A stretch of DNA of 61,127 nucleotides, counting the filler. It is 13 parts of 13 records of this genome, joined end to end, with 100 filler letters (N's around TTAATTAATTAA, not from the genome) between each part and the next. Parts side by side here need not be neighbours in the genome. Positions count along the whole stretch, not along the records: positions 1 to 3,504 come from SRR7504441_937; positions 3,605 to 7,543 come from SRR7504441_938; positions 7,644 to 11,085 come from SRR7504441_945; positions 11,186 to 16,918 come from SRR7504441_947; 9 more parts are not named here. One strand, 5' to 3'. The notes beneath the pieces are model-generated. The model made no database searches. It saw nothing but the letters and a program-made list of their open reading frames with translations, and was not told the DNA's origin. A program made the position numbers and the translations under genes. Shown here one piece after another: positions 1 through 11,273 of the stretch. Within the stretch, counting starts at the first letter, position 1, and each line of letters starts with the position of its first letter.

Positions 1-2
1 AC

Positions 3-710
3 CCGTCGGAGCTCGGGGACCTTGAGGGCACCGGCTGCGAGTTTTGTGGGAGAAACTTCCTCAACTGCGAGTACAGCTCGCCTGCTGCGGCCGAGCAAGC
101 CTGTAGGAACCACCGACGGGATCAGCACGGGGAAGACAGTCCGTACGGCATGCTACGTCTGCCCGAGGAGGATGCGTACGTGTGCGGGGTGTGTGGGCGG
201 GAGTTTGACTGTATGGACTATAGTTCGCGGGAGGCTGCCAGACTGGCCAAAGAGCAGCACACACGCGACGCGCACAGGCCCCCACCGGCGGGGCGCGGGC
301 GACAGAGAGCGGGTGAATCGGCGGAGGAGGTGCGCGCGGAGCTTCGGATGGCGGGATTAGCCGATCCGGTGTCTCATGATCCAGAAGACGAACCTCTCGG
401 CGTCGAGTGCCGGAGCGGGTGCGGCAGGATGTTCTGGTTCGCAGAGTATGCGAACGCCAGGGTAGCGATCAAGGCGCGCGAGCAGCACGAGCGAGCAGCG
501 CACAACCGCGATCCGAGCGATCCGTACATGGATTGGGAGGCTCGGGGCAGCCAGGCCGCGCAGGCCGAGCGTGAGCGCGTGGCTGCGGTAGCACGGCTCG
601 AGGCGGCACGGATCGAGCGCGAGCGCCTCGCGCCGCGCCCGCCGCGCCCACTGAATCAAACTCAGTGGAGGCCGCCACGCCCGCGCGGCCGACCTACTGA
701 TAGAACCTGA
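3..710 (+). CDS. 5'-truncated protein with three atypical C2H2-like zinc fingers
   Basis: The frame is open from base 3. It has three repeats of C-x2/3-C-GRxF-x4-Y...H-x4-H (CEFCGRNF...HRRDQH, CGVCGREF...HTRDAH, CRSGCGRMF...HERAAH). Stop at 708-710. Confidence 0.7.
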   Translation, partial: PSELGDLEGTGCEFCGRNFLNCEYSSPAAAEQACRNHRRDQHGEDSPYGMLRLPEEDAYVCGVCGREFDCMDYSSREAARLAKEQHTRDAHRPPPAGRGRQRAGESAEEVRAELRMAGLADPVSHDPEDEPLGVECRSGCGRMFWFAEYANARVAIKAREQHERAAHNRDPSDPYMDWEARGSQAAQAERERVAAVARLEAARIERERLAPRPPRPLNQTQWRPPRPRGRPTDRT

Positions 711-863
711 TTTGTTACCTAAACCAATTCGTTTCATTCTCGAGAGTCCTATACGCGGATCGATACGTGCGTAATGTATTGTATGCACACAATCACATTA
801 GTACGAGTACGAGTAATCAGTATATTGTAATCAATGGTAGCCGTGGTCATGGCTGAGCTGATG

Positions 864-1946
864 TCAGCTACATGCACTAGACGTGGTCCGAGGCGTCGAG
901 GCTAGCAACCTCGCCTGCGACGCCTCGCTAGCACTAAGACCCTCAGAACAGCCATCCTCGCTTGTCCGACGGTCGTGAACCGCGCCCAGGCAGAACAGCA
1001 GCAGCCCACTCACCACCGCAGCCCCGCCAGCCAGCTCATACGGGCCAAGCACCCGGCCGAACAGGCTCCAGTCGAGCAGGCAGGTGAGCACTATTTGGAC
1101 CGGAGAGAAGACCATCACTGCGCCCTGCTCAGCTGGCCCAGCCCTGCCATCCTACCGGTGGTCGGACTGCTGTTCCGGTTTGCCCAGGCAAGCAGCAGCG
1201 CGCACACAGGCCACACCTGCCGAGACCGTTGCACCAGCGACCGCAGCGCGGGGTACCGGAACAGCCACCGCGAGCGCGATGATGTCGTCTCGGTGGAATT
1301 GCCAGGCACTCGGATGGCACGCAGTCGGGAGCACGACCATGCATAGCGCCACCCAACCGCTGACGTAGTACCAGGCCGCGGTCTGAGTGCTACTGTAGCT
1401 GCGCAGTAGCCGCTTCTGGAGGTGCCAGAACCCGGCGCCCCCGAGCAGCACTTGAAGCCCGAAGCACACGCTGGCCGCCGGGAGAGACCACCCGGTCTTG
1501 CTGGCCCCGGGCGACCCAGCAGTGGCCAACGCGGCCCCTGCGACGCTCACCACCAGCCCGGCCTGCCGGAGCAGCGTGGGCCAGTGGCTGGAGCACCGCT
1601 CAGTCCCGAGCAGTAACCCTGCGGCGTAGGTGGCCAGCGGAGTGAGACTGGACCAGTACGCAGCGAGCACCGCATCGCTGCGCTGGACCCCGATCAGATT
1701 CAGATACTGCCCAAAATACAGACCGAGCACTCCCAGCAGAATGAACGCCCCCTGGTGCTCCGCCCGGGGCAGCCGGCCCTCCCGGCCCGCCGCCAGCCCG
1801 CCGGCCAAGCATCCGGCGCACGCCGTGTCCCGAATCAGCACCAGCACCCCCGGGCTGAGCCCCCGGTGCAGCGCCCGGCTGGCCAGCACCGCGTACAGCG
1901 AGAGCAGCCCGGAGACCAGCAGCAGCCCGCCCACCACCCGCCACAT
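864..1946 (-). CDS. EamA/DMT family (WAT1-like) transporter, 2 introns
   Basis: About 10 hydrophobic helices with DMT-like motifs (VLVLIRD..A, SLTPLATY..GLLLGTE, SSPTTVMVFSPVQ). GT-AG introns at 1217-1256 and 1118-1155 join ORFs 1152..1946, 1115..1309 and 864..1118 in frame. Confidence 0.8.
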
Positions 1947-2072
1947 TGCGGGGGTCGACCGGGCTGGTGCCGATGCGCTTGCCGATGCGCTTCAGTCCGG
2001 ATTCAGTTAGACTCTATTATAATAACGGCAAACTCGTGGTCAACGCCGCCGAAGCCTCGGGGCCCCCGAGCG

Positions 2073-3210
2073 ATGAAAACTCGGTTTCTTCTCGGTCTGC
2101 TGCTCCCGGCGCTGGCCGTGGGCGAGCTCGGCGATCGGCTGCTCCGGAGCTACCTCGGTTACCAAGCCAGCCCACTCACCGCCCAAGATGCGGAGGCGGC
2201 CGGCTGGTCAAAGGCTGGCGAGTGCGTGGAGGGCCTCGGCAGCCCGTACGCCCCAGCAGGCGGGATCACGGCCGAGCACCCGAGCTCGCTGTACTACGCG
2301 GCCTCCGGCCAGATCTCCGGGTTCGGTGTCGACATCTTCAACCACTCGGCGCCGGGGCTTGTCGAAGCCGGATACTACACCCAAGTGGCACCGGGGCAGT
2401 ACCGCGTGACCATCGGGCTCCGTGCGGCCGGCGTGTGCACCCAAGAAGAGGCGTACCCCGAGACCATCGGTGAAGTGGCCGTCATCAACCCGGGCGGGCT
2501 GGCCAAGCCGTTGCCGCTCACCGGGGCCGCGGCCGAGGCGGAGGGATACTACAAAGGCTCGTGCTTCGACGCCATGGGCTGCCACTACATGTACGACGTG
2601 TCCACCGACGGGCCGAGCCTGAGCTGGGTGGCCGCCAACCTGCAGCCGGTGGTGCCCATGTACGCATCTCCGACTGGCAAGCTCAACACGATCTTCTTGA
2701 CGGCGTACAACGACCAAGTGGCGCTAGGCTCGTCGGAATGGGACGCTGTTGGCGCGCTGAGCAACCCGCTGTTCTGCAGCAACACGTGCGACTACGCCGA
2801 CGGCACCTGCACCTTTGAGGGGACGCAGGTCTGGAGCACGCAGCACTGGTTCCTTCATGACCCGAAAGCCGTCTCGCACCCGGACGACTATGTATGCATG
2901 ACAGTGCCACCGGCTCCGTTCGGCGGGATCGGATGCTGCCCAGCTGCCCCAGCGGAGGCACCTGCTCAAGTCAACCCGTATTGCAAGGGCTGCGCTGGAG
3001 TCGAGTACATTGCGTTTGTCTTCTTGTTCATCGGGCCAGCCGTCTTCTTCTTCTGGTGAGCAGTGCCCGATGAGCGGCCGCTGACCGCTGCACAGGTACT
3101 CCGGCCACAGTTTCTCGGATCTCGTGCGGGTGAGCGGGATGTCGAGCGCCATTGGCCAGTCTGAGGCTCAGCAGACCAAGGGCACAGGCCTCTTTGGCGA
3201 CGACGTTTGA
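2073..3210 (+). CDS. Uncharacterised type I membrane protein: signal peptide, Cys-rich ectodomain, C-terminal TM helix
   Basis: ATG 2073 gives MKTRFLLGLLLPALAVG (signal peptide). TM helix YIAFVFLFIGPAVFFFW. A GT-AG intron at 3056-3095 (branch GCTGAC) gives a short cytoplasmic tail ending ...LFGDDV* at 3210. Confidence 0.7.
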
Positions 3211-3504
3211 ATCGAAAATCGGAGACAGACGTGACACACAAAATGTCTGGCCGGCCGCGTGCATGAGCGCCTGGCCGCCTCGGCGGTATGAGCATCATAG
3301 AGTGCTCGTTACCTCTCATTCGGAGAGATTAATTCTCACGCACTAGATTCGTGATTATTAATTGATCAATGGTGATTCATAAGCGCTGGATTGTTGCCCC
3401 CCAATCATGATCCACCCGGAGTGAGCTACGAGTACGTGTTTAACTACACGCGTGAGTGTACCCGTACTCTCATACTATCCCTTAAAGCCCCGGCCCTGTG
3501 TTCT

Positions 3505-3604
3505 NNNNNNNNNNNNNNNNNNNNNNNNNNNNNNNNNNNNNNNNNNNNTTAATTAATTAANNNNNNNNNNNNNNNNNNNNNNNNNNNNNNNNNNNNNNNN
3601 NNNN
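3505..3604. other. Artificial contig spacer (N44-TTAATTAATTAA-N44). The same spacer occurs at 7544, 11086, 16919, 20385, 24070, 27433, 34773, 38374, 44329, 51398 and 54787
   Basis: An identical 100-nt N block with a six-frame stop linker occurs 12 times, and genes are truncated at these points. Confidence 0.98.
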
Positions 3605-3853
3605 GCTGACGATTTCTTCAATTTAAGGAAGAAGATTTCTGGAAATAATCCCAACTCCACACCACCACCACCACAGATAGTCCCACCCCAGTCAACTGCC
3701 AGCAATAGTGCTGCACCACCGACAGTGCCGCAAGAAGGTGCTGTGAGCCCTAGGGGATTAGCTGCGATGGATTCTCTCCGTGCAAAAATAGTTAACAAGC
3801 AAAACAACAAGAAGGAAGCACGGCAGCAGATTGAGCGCAGCACAGATTTATGA
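3605..3853 (+). CDS. 3' fragment of an unknown low-complexity protein
   Basis: Open frame from the contig edge: ADDFFNLRKKISGNNPNSTPPPPQ...KKEARQQIERSTDL*, followed by AT-rich sequence. Confidence 0.35.
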   Translation, partial: ADDFFNLRKKISGNNPNSTPPPPQIVPPQSTASNSAAPPTVPQEGAVSPRGLAAMDSLRAKIVNKQNNKKEARQQIERSTDL

Positions 3854-4272
3854 TGATAAAGTAGTAAGAGCTACGCTCTAATCAGTTTAAATGTCTTACA
3901 TAGCATATAAAGTATACCTAGCTTACTTAGAATGATGTGTGCACCTCCTACATTATCGCAACAAGCCGTCACTAGTCGAGCGAGTTCGCCTCGCGCTGTA
4001 AACTCCAAGGCTCGTCGAAGAATCCTGAAACCCAGAGCTCGCAACGCTGCGGGCAGGCCGGGATGCTAGGCTGGGGAGGGAGATCGACAGCACGGAGCTG
4101 TGTGGTTTCACAGGGATCAGCTACCGAGAGCCTGCTCTTCAGCAATGTCCCTGCAGTTCACAATCAGTGACCACGTGAGGGACGCGGCAACGAGAATAGG
4201 GTGTCGTAGAAGGGCTAGCGGCGACACCCGAATGGGTGCTCAGACTGGCCTTAGGGGCGGGCCGCCGGTGGT

Positions 4273-4798
4273 TCACAGCCAGAGTGGGGCGGCGCACTTG
4301 GCAATCTCCTCGAGGTTGTGCCCGTCGTAGCCAAACTCCCACATTAGGTCGAGCACTTCGACAACGTACGCCATCGGGACAGCAGGCTCGAAACTCGGAA
4401 ACCCGTTCGAGATCACCTGCAGCCGGGCCTCGCAGCAGCCCCTCGGCCGCTGGCGTACCACATCCTGGGTCGCCTGCAGAGTTTTAGCATCTCTGGTGAC
4501 TGTACGTCCTGCAGGGCACTGATTAGCCCGATGCAGCGCAGCGCCTTGGTCACCCTTGTGGTCTCGTCTCCAGTGGGCTCGGACGGCCTTCCAGCATTCT
4601 TCGCCTGGCGCGCGGGTCAGCTAATCTCACCGCGCGTGGCCACCGTGCGTGGGCTGTGCCTGCTGCGGTGCAGCCTGGGCTGGCCCCTGCTCCGCCGCGC
4701 CTTCGGCCAGGCCTGGCTGCGCGTCCATCTTGTGCGGGCTCCGGCTCTGGGGCTGCGGCCAAGTCGTGGTGCGGCCTCACCAACGGACCCGCCGACAT
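4273..4798 (-). CDS. Possible small intron-containing hypothetical gene (boundaries unresolved)
   Basis: GC-rich island with a coding-like segment (EARLQVISNGFPSFEPAVPMAYVVEVLDLMWEFGYDGHNLEEIAK) and GTGAG...CTGAC...AG intron-like sequence. No family recognised. Confidence 0.25.
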
Positions 4799-5365
4799 GC
4801 CTCGTACTGTCAGTACACTCAGTGACTCTCAGTGTGTAAGGCTGACTCATCACTGCACATTGTACAGGTCTGGCATAGACCGTATAGTGCACGTGTAGTC
4901 CACGGCACGCCGAAAGAGGTCATTCGCAAAAGAACTTTTATTTCGTTGGCGCTTAGATCTAGTTGGAACTCAATTAGAACTCAATGTAACCGAGAGCTCT
5001 CATCTCGAGTGTGCTGCCTTTGTCCGGAGCTTGTCATTATTAACATTGGAATAATCTTATTGCGAAAGATGATCACGCCGCATACATGTACAAGTCATGT
5101 ACTCGTACATCACCGTCTGGAGCCAGCGTCATACAGCTGGCCATCGGATACTCCGATAGCTCGACGTGCATGCACTATGCAGGCAATACGCTCAGTCTGG
5201 GTGCCACGTGCACCCATGATCTGGAGCATGCTCGTAGTTGACACGACAGGACGGAACTGGAATGCCAGTTCTCCCGGTGTTGCAGCTGCTGCTGCAAGTC
5301 AGCTGAAGCAGCACTTACTGTGCGTTGCTTTCGGAGAACAGCTAACCCTCACGTTGGCGCAATTA

Positions 5366-7525
5366 TCAATGATTCGGATCCCACGCTTCCATGCCATTTT
5401 CAAAGACGACGGTCCATTCACTCTTGACAGACTCGATTTCTTGGCGCAGTTGGCGCTCTGGTGGGGGCTCGTCATGAATCTGGTCCACAGCAATGTTAGG
5501 CCAAGCGGCTCAACCACACGCACCGCGTGATCGTCCTGGACCTGCCTCATGACGACGTCCCTGATCCCACGACGGTCTGCAACATAGGTTCGCTGACGGC
5601 GCGGCCAAGATGATGGGCACCGAGCTCGTCGTCTTCCTGGATCGGAGTTTCGAAGGTCGCCTTACACTCGATCAACGTGAGGAACCTCCAAAACTTGTTG
5701 TATTCGTTTTTCCGAAGGTTCCAGTCGTAACTCTCAACATCATCGTTGTCAAACTCGATGCGGACCTGACAGTTACTGGTCGTTTTCTTGTAGATTTTTG
5801 AAATTGAACCAATCTGTAATGCGCAGTCATCAGGTGCCCAGTTCCAGTAGACAACTAATGGATCGATTACCTCCGCATTATCACACTCAAGCGCATCGAT
5901 GTCATCGTGCCGCCACGACACCCTTACCTGCCAAAGGCACCCGTTGAGAATCTAGAGCATGTGGGATCGACTTACCCGATCTCCAACTTCGATAGAGTCC
6001 ACTCTGACGATGCATGGCTGGGGATGCAGCTTTGTAGCTGGGACAAGATTGGACAGGCTCCGCGCAAAGCCCCCTTCTTGCACCCATTTGCCGGTGCTCC
6101 CGTCCCACAAGCAGCCTTTGCACGGCCAGCCTGCACGAATCCTCAGCCCCAGCAGCTGGCTCGCCGCTCGCCTGCGGGCTGTGTAGCTGGTGAAATCGTC
6201 TCCAATCCAGGGGCAGACTCGTCTGGGATCGAAAGCATCTCTTGGACATCACTACAGATCTCTCTGACAGCCTGTTGAGCCATAGAGACCGACGACTCGT
6301 CCAGTTCCTCGTTGTCGGCTTCTGCTGGGTGCTGATCAAGCGGGTCGTCGTCGACAGCCAGCTCATAGGAAGCCACTGCCTCTGCAGCCAGCTCAGCGGT
6401 GGCGAATGCACCGAGGTAAGGGTAGCCCTCATTCTTTGGTCCCCGTGCTTCGAACTTGCCTGATTTCGATGGATAGACGCGTATGTACCCAGATTTGGTT
6501 GCGTTGGTTCTCCAAGCAGAAAGGTCGATCGCGCCTTCCTTCTTACGCTTGTTGCTTTCGGGCACCCTGATCTCCTCGGTATCTTCCCTCTTGCGCTTGT
6601 TAGTGCCCTCGGTCTCGGCGATCTCCTCGTCGATCATTTCGTCAGACAGCTCCTGGGCGACCTCGCACGAGCTGTACTTAGGGTCGACATTGTCGCTGCA
6701 CCGCCAAGTTCGACCCACTGATCCCACGAACCGACGCCACTGACCCCCACCATGACTAGCCAGGCCACTAATGCAGCGCACCTTGTTACAGCTGTCGCAC
6801 TGCACCCAGCCAGTGGTCTCACCATCGCTATCGGTGTCACTATCGACGCCAGAATTCTCGCCTTCGCAATCAGTATCACTGCTGGCAGTGTCGCTGTCGC
6901 CTTCAGATGAGTCTTCTGATGGACTGTGTTTCGTTTTGAGTTTGCTGTTCCAACGATTCTTTATCTGGTTGTCAGTCCTGCCCGGGATCTGCTTGGCAAT
7001 CTGCGTCCACCGGCTGCCTAAGGTGGCATAAGCCTCCCGGATGAGTTGGTCCTCCTGGTCTGTCCAAGGCCCCCGGCAGATATTTGGATCGAGCTGGTTG
7101 AGCCATCGCTCCCGGCACTGCTTACCGGAGTGGCGATCCAGTGGAACCAGGCACCAATTGGAGGCACCAAACTCCTTCACGTGCTCGCGGAGCACCCGAT
7201 CCTCCTCCTCCGACCAGGACCGTGAAGCATGAGGACCAGATGTGTGTTGCGACCCCTTGCTCTCTTCAGGACTTGCGAGCTGCTTCTGGGCCGAGTTGGC
7301 AGTCAGATCCGGTTCATCAGAAAGGTTCAGCGAGCTTGATTCGTTGTCACTGTTATTCCTGCTCAGATGTTGAAGAGGCACTCGCTCGCAGTCTCCTAGC
7401 TTGACCCCTCGATCTAACTTCATTCGGGTGCGGGGACCTGGTGAACTTTGATGCGTGTTCCCGGCCGCTCCCATGTCGTCTTCGCGATCCACCTCCATGT
7501 CGTCTTCGCTTCTGAACCCATCCAT
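5366..7525 (-). CDS. R2R3-type Myb transcription/chromatin factor with CW zinc finger, AP2-like domain and Tudor-like domain
   Basis: Two Myb repeats (WSEEEDRVL...SGKQCRERWLNQLDP; GPWTDQEDQLI...PGRTDNQIKNRWNS). CW finger (WVQCDSCNKVR...WRCSDN...C). AP2-like TKSGYIRVY...KFEAR...YLGAFATAELAAEA. Inferred introns (including GC-AG 6131-6171) extend the ORF into IEVGDRVRVSW...IGSISKI...VRIEFDNDDVE and a stop near 5366. The frame is open to the contig edge, so it may be 5'-partial. Confidence 0.75.
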
Positions 7526-7643
7526 ATGAGGCTGATCAGGTGCNNNNNNNNNNNNNNNNNNNNNNNNNNNNNNNNNNNNNNNNNNNNTTAATTAATTAAN
7601 NNNNNNNNNNNNNNNNNNNNNNNNNNNNNNNNNNNNNNNNNNN

Positions 7644-9165
7644 CCCGGAGCCGATCGGCCCGACCGCCAGCGCGCAGCTAGACCAATGGCTAATCAAGAG
7701 CCGCAAGAGGTGGTGTCCGTTAGACTCCAGCCTTGGGGCCGGGCCTGCCGTGCTGCTCACCGCCACCATTGAAGGATTCGGTGTAGCGAGCTGGCATGGA
7801 CGATCCCGGAGCTGGCATGGACGAGATGCTCGCCGCAGCCGAGAGCCGGCTCGAGAGTGCTCTCGCGTTCTTGGCCCAGCTGAGCGCGTCACAGAGGTTT
7901 GCAGCAGCCTCCCCGGGTTGAGCCCTTGCCGCAGAGCCCGAGAGGTACAGGGCAACGACGAGGCGGCCCAACTGAATTCTGACACCCAAGCGCTCCTGGA
8001 GCAGATTTCCCGCCAGCGCGAGGAGCGAGCTACCGAGCTCCGAGAAAAAGTGGGCGCAGCTCGGGAAGAGTGTTTGGAGTCCGCCCAGGTGTGCCTCGGA
8101 GAGCTGCCGTCTGTGATGGCGTCCTGTGCAGCTGCAGCTGCTTCAAACAGAGCACCAGCTCGCTGAGGCAGAGGCGCGGCTTCAGGCCGAGTTCAAGGTG
8201 AAAGAGCAGGAGCTGCAGGATTCGTGCGCGGCCGAGCGCAAACACGCCACCGACATGTACGATGCAGTGATTACCGAAATGGCTGGCCAAGTACAGCAGT
8301 CCAAGAAGCAGCTTGTCGATATGGCACGTAATCACGATGGCCTGCTGTCGAGCCTACAGGCCATACAGCAAACATTTGATACAAATGCCAGCGCACTTGC
8401 ATTTGAGAGTCAGCTGGCGGCCTATGAACCAATGACTGCTCGTGTGGTGCCCTTCGCCTGTCGGCGAACCGATTGATTGGTGCCGATTTAGGTGGATGGC
8501 TTCCAGAAAGTCGAAGCCGCTCGTGCTGTCCAGCAAACCGATGGAAGCCGCAGCAGAAACTGGAAAGATACTGAAGCTGCCATGGAGAAAATGTACCGAG
8601 AGCTTGCTGAGTCTAACTTAGCAGCAGCTGAGTCCAAGCAAAGGGACGTGCAGAGGCTTCACGCATTGGAGTTGGATGAGCTCGAGCCTGCAGTACCTGA
8701 CATTGATCAGGTGCATGTGCGCCTGATGGTCCCAGTTGATATACTGGTTGATAGAGCACGTATGAAGCTGCATGTGAAGGGAGGTGTGCTCTCGTTCATG
8801 CCAAGCTTGCTGCTGCTGCCAAAGAAGCCAAAGAAGAGGATGACTTGAAGGATTCACCGGCTGATGCTGGGAACGACTTGGTCGATGAGGTCTGCTCGAT
8901 AACTTTTCATCCGGGCTTGAGCAAACTTGTCCTTTGTTAGGTGAGCGCAGCTGCTTTGAAGTTGAAGCTCGAATTAGACACGCTATATGATGCAATTTTG
9001 GAGCGCTTGAACCAAGCACACTCTACTGAGCTACACAATAGGGATAGAGAGTACTTGAAGCATGCACGCGCTTGCTGGGAGGGGCACACCAAGGTACCCC
9101 ATATCATAACTCGCCACCATAGGCTCTGGTATGACACTTGTGTGAATACTACCAAGTGTGGTTGA
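7644..9165 (+). CDS. Coiled-coil hypothetical protein, multi-exon, partial
   Basis: E/Q/A/L-rich heptad segments in ORFs 7750, 8126, 8492 and 8941 can be joined by short GT-AG introns (e.g. GTGTGCC...GTGCAG, GTGCCC...TTTAG). Confidence 0.5.
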
Positions 9166-10076
9166 CCCTATCCACACTCTGGCTATCAAACACACATATA
9201 GAGAGGTTTGCACTCAAAATCAACGCTATGCCTGCCTGCACAAGGCATCATGGTATAGTGTCTAGGCCGAGGGCTCACAAATGTGTACTACTTGTTATTG
9301 ATTGCAGCATGGTGGTGCCATTCTATAGTATCAACTCGGCTTTTGTTAGGCAGTGGAGGGGAAAATTGAAGCTGCCGAGCAACAGCGCTTGCAGCGTGAT
9401 CAGGTGAATCAACAATAGTGTCGCAGTCAAAACCCTTTGGTCCAGGTTGAATTAGATCGGTGGGCGGTGGAGCTGACCAAGATGCAAGACGCTGAGGCAC
9501 TTCACAAGCAAGGACTCGCAACCTTGGAACAGCAACGGTAAAATGGCCTTACCAAGAGAGCTGCTCTAACACCAATGCACCAGATTAAGTGTGGTCCAGG
9601 TATCTTTCAGAGCGTCTGATTTTAGAAGACACACTATCAGCGCGCCGTGTGCTAGCAGTGGATGGAACCGTAGCATCTTCGTTGATTTCTGGCGGCAGAC
9701 GGCAGTGAGGCTAGTGCTTGAGTGGCAGCACTGATTTTTGTCGCTGCAGGGATCAATTTGCTCAATTCGGTCAAGGCAAGGTAGGTTATACACAGGAGAT
9801 TTCCGACACCTGGGCACCTGCAGAGGTGTGGAGTCGCTCCAGATCTGCTCTGAGGGGTTTTGACAGGCTGCTTTGGCTCGCATGAGCGCCGTTGTTCTAG
9901 AGGTTAAAAAATGTGCAGCAGATTCGAGGCCCGCGTGAGAGTCCCGTTCAAGTATAATACATGTACTTGTAATAAATTCTGGCGTGAAGTCACTTACATA
10001 TGTCATTTTTATACTTGTGATTTTGGTATGATTTTGGCATTAGATCTATAGTAATTTTTATCTAATTCGTGTCAAT

Positions 10077-11085
10077 TTAATCTTGGCCTTCAAGTCGTCC
10101 AAGTACCTCCATCGAAACGCATTCCCGCCTTGCTGCAATATGACGCACTTGCTTAGCCAGCATCGTGTTGCACACCGTGTAAGCTTTTAGATTTCGATAC
10201 TTGAGTTGTTTTCTTGCCTGGGCGACTGCCCGTCTTTCAGCCTTGATGAATTGGGAATACGATTGGTTAGCGAGCCTATCTATCTCCATTTTTCTCTGTC
10301 TTTCTTGCCATTCCTGTTGGTGAGCCTTAAACGCAAAGATGTCATCTTGGCGCCGCATTTGTGTGGAGTTCTGCGAGCCTTGCATCCACACTTCTGCTTT
10401 TAAGTGAGGTGCAGCCATTACTGGCTTAGCTTGCAGGGATCCGATATGAGACATGGACATATGACCTGCGCGTGGCTTGGTTGTAACGACTTGGCAGGTC
10501 TGCTTCATTGGGTCCCCGCGCCCTATGTCGAACAGTGGTGTCAGGCCGCCATCGCAAGCAATTCTTCGTTGCTGAAAGGCTCTTCCTCTGCACCAATCAA
10601 AGCCTTCCGAAGCTTGATATCGTATGTGTAGAAGAGCTCCTTGGTGACCCATGTACCATCCAACGCGTGAAAAGCCAGCGCCTTCCAAAGCTTTTGTATG
10701 CTAACTCTCACAGCTCTGCTCCGGCGCAGTGCACGGCGCTTCATCAACGCCTCCCTTGACATCGGTCGAAATCCCAATTCTTTCCTCTCGTCTATTCGCT
10801 GTTTTTTGTACAGTTCATCTTGCCTTTTCTTTGCTTCGAGCATCAATTCGCCCGACATAGCAATTAGTCTGAGCGCAAACCAGCTGTCAGAAGAAAATGC
10901 ACGAAGGAACTCTATATATGACACTCTTCCATCACAGTCAGTGTCTGCGAGCTGAATCATTGTGCTTATTTCAGCATCAGTCACCTGAAACGGTGCCAAC
11001 ACTGCGGCTATGCTCCTGCTATCGATACTCCCACTAGCATCCGCATCAAGTAACTTCCAGGTCGCCATGATGTCATTCATCAGAT
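10077..11085 (-). CDS. EF-hand (calmodulin-like pair) protein with coiled-coil C-terminus, 5'-partial; junction near 10520-10590 unresolved
   Basis: EF-hand loops DADASGSIDSRSI and DTDCDGRVSYIEF in ORF 10541..11080. The downstream ORF 10077..10688 is in another frame after a CTGAC...TAG acceptor. Confidence 0.55.
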
Positions 11086-11273
11086 NNNNNNNNNNNNNNN
11101 NNNNNNNNNNNNNNNNNNNNNNNNNNNNNTTAATTAATTAANNNNNNNNNNNNNNNNNNNNNNNNNNNNNNNNNNNNNNNNNNNNGTCAATGGAATTTTT
11201 AAGCAACTTGCCACCTCTACACCTCTACATATTAATTATATGTAAGCAAAGCTTGCGCCATTATCTTATGGAC

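Noticed and set aside
7788-7824. 16-bp direct repeat GAGCTGGCATGGACGA x2
   Set aside because: Only two copies 5 bp apart within coding-like sequence; a local duplication, not an array.
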